Shown in pieces: positions 1 to 7,938 of a stretch of 61,976 bases of DNA; position 1 is the stretch's first letter, and every line of letters starts with the position of its first letter. The translations under genes and the position numbers were made by a program. Below the pieces are notes generated by a model. That model was not told the origin of the DNA. It did not search any database and was given only the letters and a program-made list of their open reading frames with translations. This stretch comes from Eubacteriales bacterium. Lineage in GTDB: Bacteria > Bacillota > Clostridia > Oscillospirales > CAG-272. The stretch lies in contig JAZRFR010000031.1 in assembly GCA_045643785.1 (NCBI GenBank), positions 1-61,976 on the forward strand, in the 5' to 3' direction.

Positions 1-476
1 AGGCAGTTGGTGGTGCAGGAAGCAGCGGAGATGATCTTGTCATCAGCGGTCAGGGTGTTCTCGTTAACGGAGAAAACGATGGTCTTCAGATCCTTGCCTG
101 CGGGAGCAGAGATAACGACCTTCTTAGCGCCGGCGTTGATGTGAGCCATGGACTTCTCGGTGGAGCAGTAGAAACCGGTGCACTCCAGAACGACGTCAAC
201 GCCAAGCTCGCCCCAAGGGCAGTTAGCAGCGTCCTTCTCGGCGTAGATCTTCAGAACCTTACCGTCAACGGTGATGGTGCCGGCCTCGTCGTCGGAAGTA
301 ACGGTGTGACCGTCGTAGCGACCCTGAGCGGTGTCGTACTTCAGCAGGTGAGCCAGCATGGAAGCCTTGGTCAGGTCGTTGATGGCAACGATCTCATAAC
401 CCTCAGCGCCAAACATCTGACGGAAAGCCAGACGGCCGATGCGGCCAAAGCCATTGATAGCAACTTTTACGGACAT
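1..476 (-). CDS. gap: Glyceraldehyde-3-phosphate dehydrogenase, N-terminal part (3' end lies beyond the left window edge)
   Basis: Reverse-strand translation from ATG at 476 gives [20 protein letters not shown]...[10 protein letters not shown]. This has the NAD-binding GxGxxG motif and the catalytic SCTTNC motif. GGAGG RBS at 485-489 (rc). Confidence 0.95.
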   Translation of the reverse strand, partial: MSVKVAINGFGRIGRLAFRQMFGAEGYEIVAINDLTKASMLAHLLKYDTAQGRYDGHTVTSDDEAGTITVDGKVLKIYAEKDAANCPWGELGVDVVLECTGFYCSTEKSMAHINAGAKKVVISAPAGKDLKTIVFSVNENTLTADDKIISAASCTTNC

Positions 477-724
477 GGTAGTGATCCTCCATTTTATATA
501 ATTTTTTCTTTACGAAACGATCGGTCGGGGAGTTTCCATCCCTTTCCAATATATATTTTATACCAAAACTGTCAAATATGCAAGGGGTTTGTGAAAAAAT
601 TTTCAAAATCGTTGTTTTGCATCCCATGGCCAAAATGACATGGACATTTTCGTGCAATTTGCCATGGTTTTCCCTGCGGCACGAGACTTTTTCGGCTTCC
701 AAGACGTCTTTTTACGCCCCACGG

Positions 725-753
725 TTGACAAACCGCCGTGAATATGGTAGAAT
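725..753 (+). promoter_or_regulatory. Sigma-70-type promoter for the HAD hydrolase gene
   Basis: TTGACA (725-730), 17-nt spacer, TGgTAGAAT (-10 at 748-753). It sits 30 nt upstream of RBS GGGAGGG and ATG 784. Confidence 0.6.
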
Positions 754-783
754 AAGCATACACAAACGAAAGGGAGGGCGCAC

Positions 784-1449
784 ATGAAAGCAACACAGTT
801 GCGGGCAACACAGCTGCAGGCAGCACCGCTGCAGGCAGCCTGGCTGTTTTTCGATATGGGTTCCACCATCATGGACGAGACCCCTGCCATGGAGAAGCGA
901 ATCCGAGATTCCATCGCAGGAACAAACATTACCTTTGAGGCCTTCGCCGCTAAAATGGCCGAATTCCGCGCCATGAATCTGCGAGAGGATCTGGCAGCCT
1001 TTGACTATTTCGAGATACACAATCGAACCCCTTGGCCAAGAGATACCGAGGTTCCCTACCCTGATGCCGATACCGTCCTTCGCACCCTGAAAGAGCGAGG
1101 CTACCGCATGGGCATCATCGCCAGCCAGCCTCTCGGTTCCGAGCAACGCCTGGCGCGATTTGGCCTGCGTGACTACTTTGATGTGATCTGCGCCTCTGCC
1201 GAGGAGGGAGTGGACAAGCCCGATCCCGAGCTCTTCCGCCGCGCCCTGACCCGCGCAGGCTGTGCTCCCGCCGATGCCGTCATGATCGGAGATCGCACCG
1301 ATAACGACGTAGCCCCTGCTAAATCATTGGGAATGCAGACCGTCCTCATCCGCCAGGGTTATGGAGGACACGATATCATCCACCACGAGGGAGAGATCCC
1401 CGACGTCACGGTGGATGGGCTCTTGGAGCTTTTGGAGATCTTCGAGTAG
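784..1449 (+). CDS. HAD-superfamily hydrolase
   Basis: HAD-like motif I variant LFFDMGSTIMDE. C-terminal motif VMIGDRTDNDVAPAKSLGMQTVLI (motif IV DxxxD). Good RBS. Confidence 0.8.
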   Translation: MKATQLRATQLQAAPLQAAWLFFDMGSTIMDETPAMEKRIRDSIAGTNITFEAFAAKMAEFRAMNLREDLAAFDYFEIHNRTPWPRDTEVPYPDADTVLRTLKERGYRMGIIASQPLGSEQRLARFGLRDYFDVICASAEEGVDKPDPELFRRALTRAGCAPADAVMIGDRTDNDVAPAKSLGMQTVLIRQGYGGHDIIHHEGEIPDVTVDGLLELLEIFE

Positions 1450-1450
1450 A

Positions 1451-1570
1451 TGGATCGCAGCCGTAGGGACAGGCCTCCGGACTGTCCGCAAATCACATAG
1501 CTCCTGCAAAAAACTTTGATGGGTAGGCATGGGACAGTCGAGGACGCCTGTCCCTACGATCGAGATCCAT
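1451..1570. repeat. ~120-bp intergenic palindromic element (about 24-40 bp imperfect inverted arms)
   Basis: Left arm TGGATCGCAGCCGTAGGGACAGGC (1451-1474). Right arm reverse-complement TGGATCTCGATCGTAGGGACAGGC (1547-1570). Each arm also carries its own GGGACAG...CTGTCC hairpin. Confidence 0.6.
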
Positions 1571-1615
1571 GCTCCCCGTCAAACCCGAATTTGAACACGA
1601 TAAACGGAGAACCTT

Positions 1616-2641
1616 ATGTCACAAGTAACCTTCGGAAGCATTACCTTGCCCCACGGCCTTGCCCTTGCCCCCTTGGCGGGCGTCAGCGACCGTGCTTTTC
1701 GCCGTGTCTGCCGCGCCTGCGGGGCAGATTTCACCGTCAGCGAGATGGTGTCGGCCAAGGCTCTGTGTTACGAGCAGAAAAAGGGCAAAAAAGCCGAGGC
1801 AACCCGCTCGGTGTCGGGACAGCTCGCGTCAGTCATGCGAGACGAGCTTCCCATGGCGGTGCAGATCTTCGGCAGTGAACCCGACTTCATGGCTGAGGCC
1901 GCCCGCATGATTGAGGCCAACGAGTATATCGGATGCATGAGCGAGGTCCCCCCCTCGGCCATCGACATCAACATGGGCTGTCCCGTCAAAAAAGTCACGG
2001 GCAACGGTGAGGGGAGCGCCCTTTTGAAAAATCCCACGTTGATCGGGGAGATCGTATCCGCAGTCGTCAAGGCCGTATCCCTGCCCGTCACCGTCAAGAT
2101 CCGCGCGGGCTGGGACTCCAACTCCATCAACGCCCCCGAGGTAGCTAAGATCATCGAGGCCTCGGGCGCATCCATGCTCACCGTCCACGCCCGCACCAGA
2201 GAGCAGATGTACGAGCCCGGCGTGGATCGTTCGGTGATCAAGGCCGTCAAGGAGGCCGTCTCCATCCCCGTTCTGGGCAACGGCGACGTCTATACCGCCG
2301 CCGACGCCCTTTCCATGATGGATGAGACGGGCTGTGACGGCGTCATGATCGCCCGCGGCGCCATGGGCAACCCCTGGGTATTTTCCGAGATCTGCGCCGC
2401 CCTGGACGGCAAAGAGTACACCCCGCCCCCCGCCGCCGAGCGCTTCGAGGTCGCCCTCGCCCAGGTGCAGGAGATGATCGCCGAGAAGGGCGAGCGGATC
2501 GGCGTGGCCGAAGCAAAGAAGCACCTGGCCTGGTACTGCCACGGCATGGAGGGCGCCGCCGCCGCCCGCGGACGACTCATGCAGGCCGCCTCCTACGACG
2601 AAATGGCCGCCATTCTCCGGGAGATGGGAGGCCGTGCATGA
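1616..2641 (+). CDS. dusB: tRNA-dihydrouridine synthase
   Basis: Dus family signatures: LAPLAGVSDRAFR, DINMGCPVKKV, VTVKIRAGWD, TVHARTREQ, GNGDV. Confidence 0.9.
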   Translation: MSQVTFGSITLPHGLALAPLAGVSDRAFRRVCRACGADFTVSEMVSAKALCYEQKKGKKAEATRSVSGQLASVMRDELPMAVQIFGSEPDFMAEAARMIEANEYIGCMSEVPPSAIDINMGCPVKKVTGNGEGSALLKNPTLIGEIVSAVVKAVSLPVTVKIRAGWDSNSINAPEVAKIIEASGASMLTVHARTREQMYEPGVDRSVIKAVKEAVSIPVLGNGDVYTAADALSMMDETGCDGVMIARGAMGNPWVFSEICAALDGKEYTPPPAAERFEVALAQVQEMIAEKGERIGVAEAKKHLAWYCHGMEGAAAARGRLMQAASYDEMAAILREMGGRA

Positions 2642-3279
2642 TCGAAACACGCATCGGCTCTGTCGTCTGCGGGGACGAACGCCTCTGCCGCCTGCTGGAA
2701 AACGAGCTGGCCAATCTGGGGATCCATGCCGTTTCCCGCCACCATGCGCCCACCGTTGCCGACGGGATCCGTATGCTGCTGTGGGACTGCGACAGCGCCC
2801 CCGCCGAGGACGGTGTCGCCACGGCCAAGGCCTGTGACTGTCCCCTGCTCCTGTTCGGCCGCACCGCGCCGAATCCCGATCCCACCGCCGAAAACACCCT
2901 GTTTTTGCGCCGTCCCTTTGCCCTGACGGATCTGGAAAAGGCTCTGCGTAAGCTCTCCGGCGAAGCATTACCCGCCCCCTATACGCCTCCCTCGCCTCCC
3001 AAGGCAAGCACCCCCGCCGAGCTCCTCCTGGCCGCCTGCGACGGCACGGTTCAGATCGGAGACAGAACCGTTCCCCTGACCCCCGCCGAATGGGCCATCT
3101 TCAAGCACCTCTACGACCGCCGCGGAGAACCCATCCCCCGCGATACCCTTGCTTCCCTGCTGGGCGGCGGCGGCAACAGCGTGGACGTGTATATCTGCCA
3201 CCTGCGCACCAAGATCGAAAAGCCCCTGGGCCGCCGTATGATCCATACGGTGCGGGGCGTGGGATATCGGATGGATTGA
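2638..3279 (+). CDS. OmpR/PhoB-type winged-helix DNA-binding protein with a degenerate receiver-like N-terminus
   Basis: C-terminus LTPAEWAIFKHLYDRRGEPIPRDTL...VDVYICHLRTKIEKPLG...IHTVRGVGYRMD is a typical trans_reg_C domain. The N-terminal ~110 aa lacks the canonical acidic pocket (GD instead of DD). ATGA start/stop overlap with dusB. Confidence 0.75.
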   Translation: MIETRIGSVVCGDERLCRLLENELANLGIHAVSRHHAPTVADGIRMLLWDCDSAPAEDGVATAKACDCPLLLFGRTAPNPDPTAENTLFLRRPFALTDLEKALRKLSGEALPAPYTPPSPPKASTPAELLLAACDGTVQIGDRTVPLTPAEWAIFKHLYDRRGEPIPRDTLASLLGGGGNSVDVYICHLRTKIEKPLGRRMIHTVRGVGYRMD

Positions 3280-3286
3280 ATCATAG

Positions 3287-3316
3287 AAAAAAGCACCCCG
3301 CAGGGTGCTTTTTTCT
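3287..3316. terminator. Bidirectional rho-independent terminator between convergent genes
   Basis: Stem AGCACCC / GGGTGCT with loop CGCA, flanked by an A-run upstream and a T-run downstream. Confidence 0.7.
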
Positions 3317-3326
3317 ATGCCGTATT

Positions 3327-4697
3327 TCAATCCTTCTTCTTCCACACGAATGCGGCGCCAAACAAGGTGATCAGCAGAGCCGAGGAAGTCAGCACGGCGC
3401 CGCAGCCCGATTTGGGCGCAGGCTCTGTACCGGTTTCGGCAACCGTGGTAGCTGCCTCGGTGGGGGCTTCGGTGGGAGCCTCCGTGGGCGCCTCGGTCAC
3501 CCGCTCGGTGACGGTCACGGTGTACTCGCGGAGAACCTCGGTCAGCTCCCCATTCAGACGGACGCAGAACGTAACGCTGTTCTCGCCCAGCTGCAACAGA
3601 GAGGTATCCAGCGTACCCATAAAGCGGGATGCCTTGGGCGCGCCCAGATTGGCGGCGGCGTCCAGGACGGGCTGCTCGGCCTCCACCGTGAAGGCGTCGT
3701 CAAAGACCTCGGTGTCGTTGATGATGTATCCGAACTGCAGGGTCTCGCCGCGGTAGCCGATCCAACCCCAGTCCACCAGCGTGTGTACGCTTCCCTCTTC
3801 GATCTCAAGGGTATTGCTCCAGCCTTCGAACTGACCGGGGGCAAAGGCCTGCCCGATCTGCGCGCCCGACTCGTCCAGGTAGCGAAGCTCGTCGTTGGAA
3901 GCGTGGATCAGCTCCATCTCGGGAATGGGCTCCAGCGCATAGTAGGCGGCCAGACCGTCCGCGATGGCATATCCCATGGCCTTCAGCTTATCCTCGTCGG
4001 AGAAATGGTTGATGTAGTCCTCCTCGCAAGACAGGAATGCACATTCCACGATCATGACCACGGGGGTCGCGTTGATCTTGCCATGACGGATCACCTTGAA
4101 GTGGTCGGCCACGGAGTTGTCGTCGTATTTGGCGGAGGTGCTGTCCTTGGTGTAGATGCGGCGGCGGGTCACACCCGTCTGCTCCACCATGGTGTCCAGG
4201 ATCTTTGTCGCGCAAGCCTCGGAATCCTCACCGATTTTGGCGTTCAGGTTCTTGTTGGGAATGATGATCTCGGCGCCCTTGGCCGAGGCGTTGGAGGCGG
4301 CGTTGTTGTGGATGGAGATCAGGGCATCGGAGCCGTGCTCCTTGGCCATGTCTGCGCGCTCCACCAGACCGGGGCAGTCCTCGTTGTTGTCGCGGGTCAG
4401 GTAGACCTCCACGTTTTGGTACTGCTCCAGGCGCTCCTTGCAGTACTCGGAGATGGACAGGGTGTAGAACAGTTCGTTAACGCCGCCGAACTTTTCGGCC
4501 GCGGCAGTACCCGTGCCCGTGGAGCCGTCGGCGGATTTCTTACCGCCGTGACCGGGATCGAGGGTAATGACAACGGGCTTTTTGTCCTCGGCCTCCTCGG
4601 CGCCCACCGACAGAGCGAACACGGTGGCAAAAGAGAGCAACATCGCAAGCAGCACCGTCGCCGTAAGCAAACGGAATAAACAGGAGTTTTTACGCAT
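3327..4697 (-). CDS. Secreted N-acetylmuramoyl-L-alanine amidase (Amidase_3 type) with a C-terminal GC-motif/TM/KKKD tail
   Basis: Signal peptide MRKNSCLFRLLTATVLLAMLLSFATVFA. Amidase_3 motifs ITLDPGHGG and ISIHNNA. (TEAP)n linker, then tail SGCGAVLTSSALLITLFGAAFVWKKKD. Confidence 0.85.
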   Translation of the reverse strand: MRKNSCLFRLLTATVLLAMLLSFATVFALSVGAEEAEDKKPVVITLDPGHGGKKSADGSTGTGTAAAEKFGGVNELFYTLSISEYCKERLEQYQNVEVYLTRDNNEDCPGLVERADMAKEHGSDALISIHNNAASNASAKGAEIIIPNKNLNAKIGEDSEACATKILDTMVEQTGVTRRRIYTKDSTSAKYDDNSVADHFKVIRHGKINATPVVMIVECAFLSCEEDYINHFSDEDKLKAMGYAIADGLAAYYALEPIPEMELIHASNDELRYLDESGAQIGQAFAPGQFEGWSNTLEIEEGSVHTLVDWGWIGYRGETLQFGYIINDTEVFDDAFTVEAEQPVLDAAANLGAPKASRFMGTLDTSLLQLGENSVTFCVRLNGELTEVLREYTVTVTERVTEAPTEAPTEAPTEAATTVAETGTEPAPKSGCGAVLTSSALLITLFGAAFVWKKKD

Positions 4698-4865
4698 CGT
4701 AACAGAGTCCTTTCTTCAACGAAAAATACAATATACCGTACCACATTATACCACACGAGGAGAGAAAAGTCAAGCCGCTCCCGCGTCATCTTGCGCGCCA
4801 TGCGAAAAAATCGCCCCAAAATGTAAAAAAATATCATCGGCGGGTAAATTTTTTTGTGGATTCTA

Positions 4866-4894
4866 TTGCAAAATTTGAAAAAATATGGTAGAAT
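4866..4894 (+). promoter_or_regulatory. Sigma-70-type promoter
   Basis: TTGCAA (4866-4871), 17-nt spacer, TGgTAGAAT (-10 at 4889-4894). Same ATATGGTAGAAT form as the promoter at 725-753. Confidence 0.55.
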
Positions 4895-4949
4895 AATTCC
4901 AGAGACAATCTCGCGACAGCACAGCGTGGCACCGTGACCTGTGTCCCGC

Positions 4950-5035
4950 AAGCGTCACGTGTGACCGGCCACGGCGTGACAGGTCATGTGTGACCGGCCA
5001 CCGTGTGACAGGACATGTATGACCGGACACCGCGA
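4950..5035 (+). repeat. Three tandem 29-bp repeats, each containing a GGTCA-N4-TGACC-like dyad, in the leader of the 5067 gene
   Basis: The TGACCGG cores at 4962, 4991 and 5020 are exactly 29 bp apart. Units: gcgtcacgtgtgaccggccac / aggtcatgtgtgaccggccac / aggacatgtatgaccggacac. Confidence 0.8.
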
Positions 5036-5066
5036 CAGTTTCAAATATATGAAAAGGAGAGCAGCT

Positions 5067-5855
5067 ATGCTTAATTTTACCGGTTCCGCACTCGACATCG
5101 TATCCGGCATTTGCTTCATCGTATCCATCGTGTTCGCCATCCTGGACATTGCTCAGGGAATTTCCATTCTGCTCCTTCGTTCCAAAGCAAAGAAGGACGA
5201 GGAGGCGCGAAAGAACAAGGCAGATAAGCTCATGTCCTTTGCCGGCTTCTTCCTCTTGGCCGCAGGGTTTTCCACGGCTACATCGGTCATCTGGATCATC
5301 CTGTGCCCCATCCTGGTCATCACCTACATCATCCTTTCCTGCTATAACGTCCCCCAGATGGAAGAGCTGATCACCACGGGCCAGATCACCCCTCCCGGCG
5401 CCAGAAAGACCGTCAAAAAGGTCGCCAAGCCCGCCCCTCAGCCTGAACCCGAAACCGAGGAAGCCCCCGAGGTTCACGTCATGAACGAGGAGGAGGAGCA
5501 AGAGCTGGTGGCATCCCTGGTCCGCGATGAGATCTCCATTGAGGAAGCCCACGATGCCCTCACCGATGAGATCGCCGTGCATTTCGTGGAGGTGGAAGAC
5601 TCCCACTCCGACAAGCGTTACCAGAACAAGGCCATCATCAACATCGATACCCTGTCCCTTCACTTCGAAACCGGCGATACCGTCACCCTCGATGCGCTGA
5701 AGGAAAAGAAGCTCGTTCCCGCCAAGACCGATTACATCAAGGTTCTCGCCCACGGAAAGCTGGATAAGCACCTGACGGTAGAGGCCCAGGACTACTCCAT
5801 GGATGCCGTTAAGATGATCATCCTCACCGGCGGCAAGGCCATCAAGAAGATCTGA
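5067..5855 (+). CDS. Membrane protein with a C-terminal ribosomal-protein-uL15-like domain
   Basis: Start chosen at ATG 5067 (RBS AGGAGA 7 nt upstream). The N-terminus has 2-3 TM helices, followed by an acidic linker. C-terminus TVTLDALKEKKLVPAKTDYIKVLAHGKLDKHLTVEAQDYSMDAVKMIILTGGKAIKKI parallels the L15 C-terminus (..VILAGEV..VTV.G..VTKGA..AIEAAGGKIE). Confidence 0.7.
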   Translation: MLNFTGSALDIVSGICFIVSIVFAILDIAQGISILLLRSKAKKDEEARKNKADKLMSFAGFFLLAAGFSTATSVIWIILCPILVITYIILSCYNVPQMEELITTGQITPPGARKTVKKVAKPAPQPEPETEEAPEVHVMNEEEEQELVASLVRDEISIEEAHDALTDEIAVHFVEVEDSHSDKRYQNKAIINIDTLSLHFETGDTVTLDALKEKKLVPAKTDYIKVLAHGKLDKHLTVEAQDYSMDAVKMIILTGGKAIKKI

Positions 5856-5867
5856 TTCCCCGCAATA

Positions 5868-5906
5868 AACAGAAAATCCACATCGCAAGATGTGGATTTT
5901 CTGTTT
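5868..5906. terminator. Bidirectional rho-independent terminator (3' end of unit B and of the 5067 gene)
   Basis: Stem AACAGAAAATCCACA / TGTGGATTTTCTGTT with loop TCGCAAGA, followed by TTTTCT. Confidence 0.75.
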
Positions 5907-5923
5907 TTCTGTGTCCTTTCGGG

Positions 5924-7123
5924 TCAGGCGCCCGCAGGACGGAAGTTCTCGTAGGTCTTGATATCCGACTCCGAAATGCTGGGCGGAGTCTTCTTGAAGG
6001 CCCGCTCAAACATATCCCGTCGCAGGGGGATGGGGGTACGGCTGTTCTTCTCCTCGATCTCCTCCAGCGCGAAGCGGCAAGCCTCCTCAATGACACCGCA
6101 GAGGTTTGCGGCAGAGTAGTAGCCCTTCTCGGTGAACTCGCCCAACTCGGTGTAGTGGGTAATGTCCCGCTCGGACATCTGCAGAATATCGTCGATGGTC
6201 AGACCGGCCTCCAGCTGGATGCCCTTCAGCTTGCCCTCGATAATGGCGCGCTTGGCAGGCATATCCGGCGGGGGAACGTGTACCAGATGGGAGAAACGCT
6301 TGTAGCGGAGATAGGCCGCGTCAATGATATCGGGACGGTTGGTGGCCGCGATCATGATGCGGTTGTTGCTCTTACCGCCGAAGCCGTTGATGCGCTGCAG
6401 AAGCTCGGTGGTAACGGCGGACTTGTAATCCTTGGTGTCCGAGCTTCTCTTACTGAAGATGGACTCACACTCATCCACGAAAAGCACGGCTCCGTCGGGG
6501 CAGGACTCCAGCTCGTCGAAGATCTGCTTGACGGCCTGCTCGGATTCACCCACGTAGGACTTGAAAATATCCGCAGGGGTGACGATGAACAGGGGCAGAT
6601 TCATGGCGTTGGCGATGGCCTCGGCGAACATGGTCTTACCCGTACCGGGAGCGCCGTAGAGCATCATGCCCAGACCGCCCTGCAGGTGGTAGTACTCCAG
6701 AATATCGGGATTCTGGGCCATGAACATGAAGCTCTTGACCAGCTTCTTGACGCCCTCCAGACCCTTTACGTCATCAAAGGTGGTGGTGGGGATCTTACTG
6801 CTCATAACCGAGCCGTACTCCTTGGCGCGGGCGGCCAGCTTGCGGCTCTCGTCGGCGTAGCGATCGATCTCCTCCTGGCTGACGCACCGCTGGCTCAACG
6901 TAAAGGCGATCTGCGCGGCGTGGGAGTAGTGGGTACGCAGCTCCCGCTTTTCCTCGTCGCGGATATCCTTCTTGTCGTTGCGGCCGTTGAGGATCTTGCG
7001 GATCTTGTTCTTGACTTCCTCGTATTTTACCTTGAGACCGTCAATGGAATCGGCCTCGGGCGCGACGGCGGCATTGGCTGCCTTGGCGGCCTCATCGGTT
7101 GCGTTGGGTTTCGTAATTTTCAT
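5924..7123 (-). CDS. Classic-clade AAA+ ATPase, Vps4/spastin-like, with a helical MIT-like N-terminal domain
   Basis: Walker A GAPGTGKT. Walker B LFVDECESIF. Second region of homology IMIAATNRPDIIDAAYLRYKRF. C-terminal PPSISESDIKTYENF resembles the Vps4/katanin P-S/T-V-S..DL..Y..F tail. N-terminus ..HYSHAAQIAFTLSQRC..EEIDRYADESRKLAARAKEY is MIT-helix-like. Start set at ATG 7123 (RBS GGAAGGAG); the ORF track gives 7147. Confidence 0.88.
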   Translation of the reverse strand: MKITKPNATDEAAKAANAAVAPEADSIDGLKVKYEEVKNKIRKILNGRNDKKDIRDEEKRELRTHYSHAAQIAFTLSQRCVSQEEIDRYADESRKLAARAKEYGSVMSSKIPTTTFDDVKGLEGVKKLVKSFMFMAQNPDILEYYHLQGGLGMMLYGAPGTGKTMFAEAIANAMNLPLFIVTPADIFKSYVGESEQAVKQIFDELESCPDGAVLFVDECESIFSKRSSDTKDYKSAVTTELLQRINGFGGKSNNRIMIAATNRPDIIDAAYLRYKRFSHLVHVPPPDMPAKRAIIEGKLKGIQLEAGLTIDDILQMSERDITHYTELGEFTEKGYYSAANLCGVIEEACRFALEEIEEKNSRTPIPLRRDMFERAFKKTPPSISESDIKTYENFRPAGA

Positions 7124-7150
7124 GTCAGGCTCCTTCCTTGATCCCAAGGA

Positions 7151-7897
7151 TTACAGCAGACCGTCCAGACCGCTGTCGCCGCCTGTGGGTGCGGACTTGG
7201 GAGCTGCGGGAGGCGTGTAGGAGCCGCGGCCGGCATTGCCGCCGCCCTGGCCACCCTGGCCACCCTGGCCATCCAGGATACCTCTGACCATATCCATACC
7301 GCGGCCGGCAGCCGAGGTGGAGGAGGTCTGGGACTTCTTGTTCTTGGCGCGGCTCTTCTCGCGCTTCATGTTCATCTTGTCCATGATGCCCGAAATGCTG
7401 CCGCTCATCTTCTCGTACATGCCCGCGGTCTCGGCGGCCATCTCGATGCTCAGCTTCATCTGATCCAGCATGGTCTTGACCGTCTTGCGGTTCTGGGCCA
7501 TGGCCTTCTTCATCATGAGGCGCTGCTTGAAGGGACTGGTCTGGCGGTTGGCCATTTCCATCATCATGCCGCTACTCATTTCCAGCGAGGTATTCATCAG
7601 ATTCATGGAGTGGAAAATAATCTCGTTGGCCACGTTGAAGGCGGTGATCACCTCGATGATATCCTGCATCTGCAGGGAGAGATCCAGGAAGTTGACGAGC
7701 AGGCTGGTACGCCAGTCGTCCTCACCGTATCTCTGGTAGAAATCGGCGGCCTTGGTGGCCAGCTCCTGCAGCTTGGCGTCGAACTCGCGCTTCTGACGCT
7801 CAAACTTCAGCTTCTGCATGCTCTTATCTGCGGCCTGTTGCATTTCCGACACGGCGGAATCGTTGCTCTCAAATTGCTTGAATGCTTGCTTTGACAT
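7151..7897 (-). CDS. Helical protein, candidate ESCRT-III (CHMP2/Vps2-Vps24-like) subunit with a Gly-rich linker and an acidic Leu-rich C-terminal tail
   Basis: AADKSMQKLKFERQKREFDAKL parallels CHMP2A ALNRAMRELDRERQKLETQEKK. MEMANRQTSPFKQRLMMKKA parallels MGTMNRQLKLPQIQKIMMEFE. Met-rich helices, then a GQGGQGGQGGG linker. Terminal GGDSGLDGLL is MIM-like. Confidence 0.6.
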   Translation of the reverse strand: MSKQAFKQFESNDSAVSEMQQAADKSMQKLKFERQKREFDAKLQELATKAADFYQRYGEDDWRTSLLVNFLDLSLQMQDIIEVITAFNVANEIIFHSMNLMNTSLEMSSGMMMEMANRQTSPFKQRLMMKKAMAQNRKTVKTMLDQMKLSIEMAAETAGMYEKMSGSISGIMDKMNMKREKSRAKNKKSQTSSTSAAGRGMDMVRGILDGQGGQGGQGGGNAGRGSYTPPAAPKSAPTGGDSGLDGLL

Positions 7898-7938
7898 AAC
7901 AGTTACCCCTTTTTTTCAATATAGTGGAATATCCAAAA

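Noticed and set aside
141-638. 165-aa plus-strand ORF at the left edge
   Set aside because: It is antisense to the unmistakable gap gene (NGFGRIGR and SCTTNC motifs on the minus strand).
3440-3500. Short tandem DNA repeats inside genes: 12-bp (TEAP)n in the amidase, PETE/TEAP repeats at ~47620-47760 and ~53100-53230, and a 54-bp duplication at ~22410-22520
   Set aside because: They encode low-complexity P/T/E/A or acidic linkers preceding membrane anchors. They are noted only as part of the C-terminal tail module, not as independent elements.
4950-5035. CRISPR array
   Set aside because: There are only three directly abutting 29-bp units with no spacers and no cas genes. It is treated as an operator or leader repeat instead.
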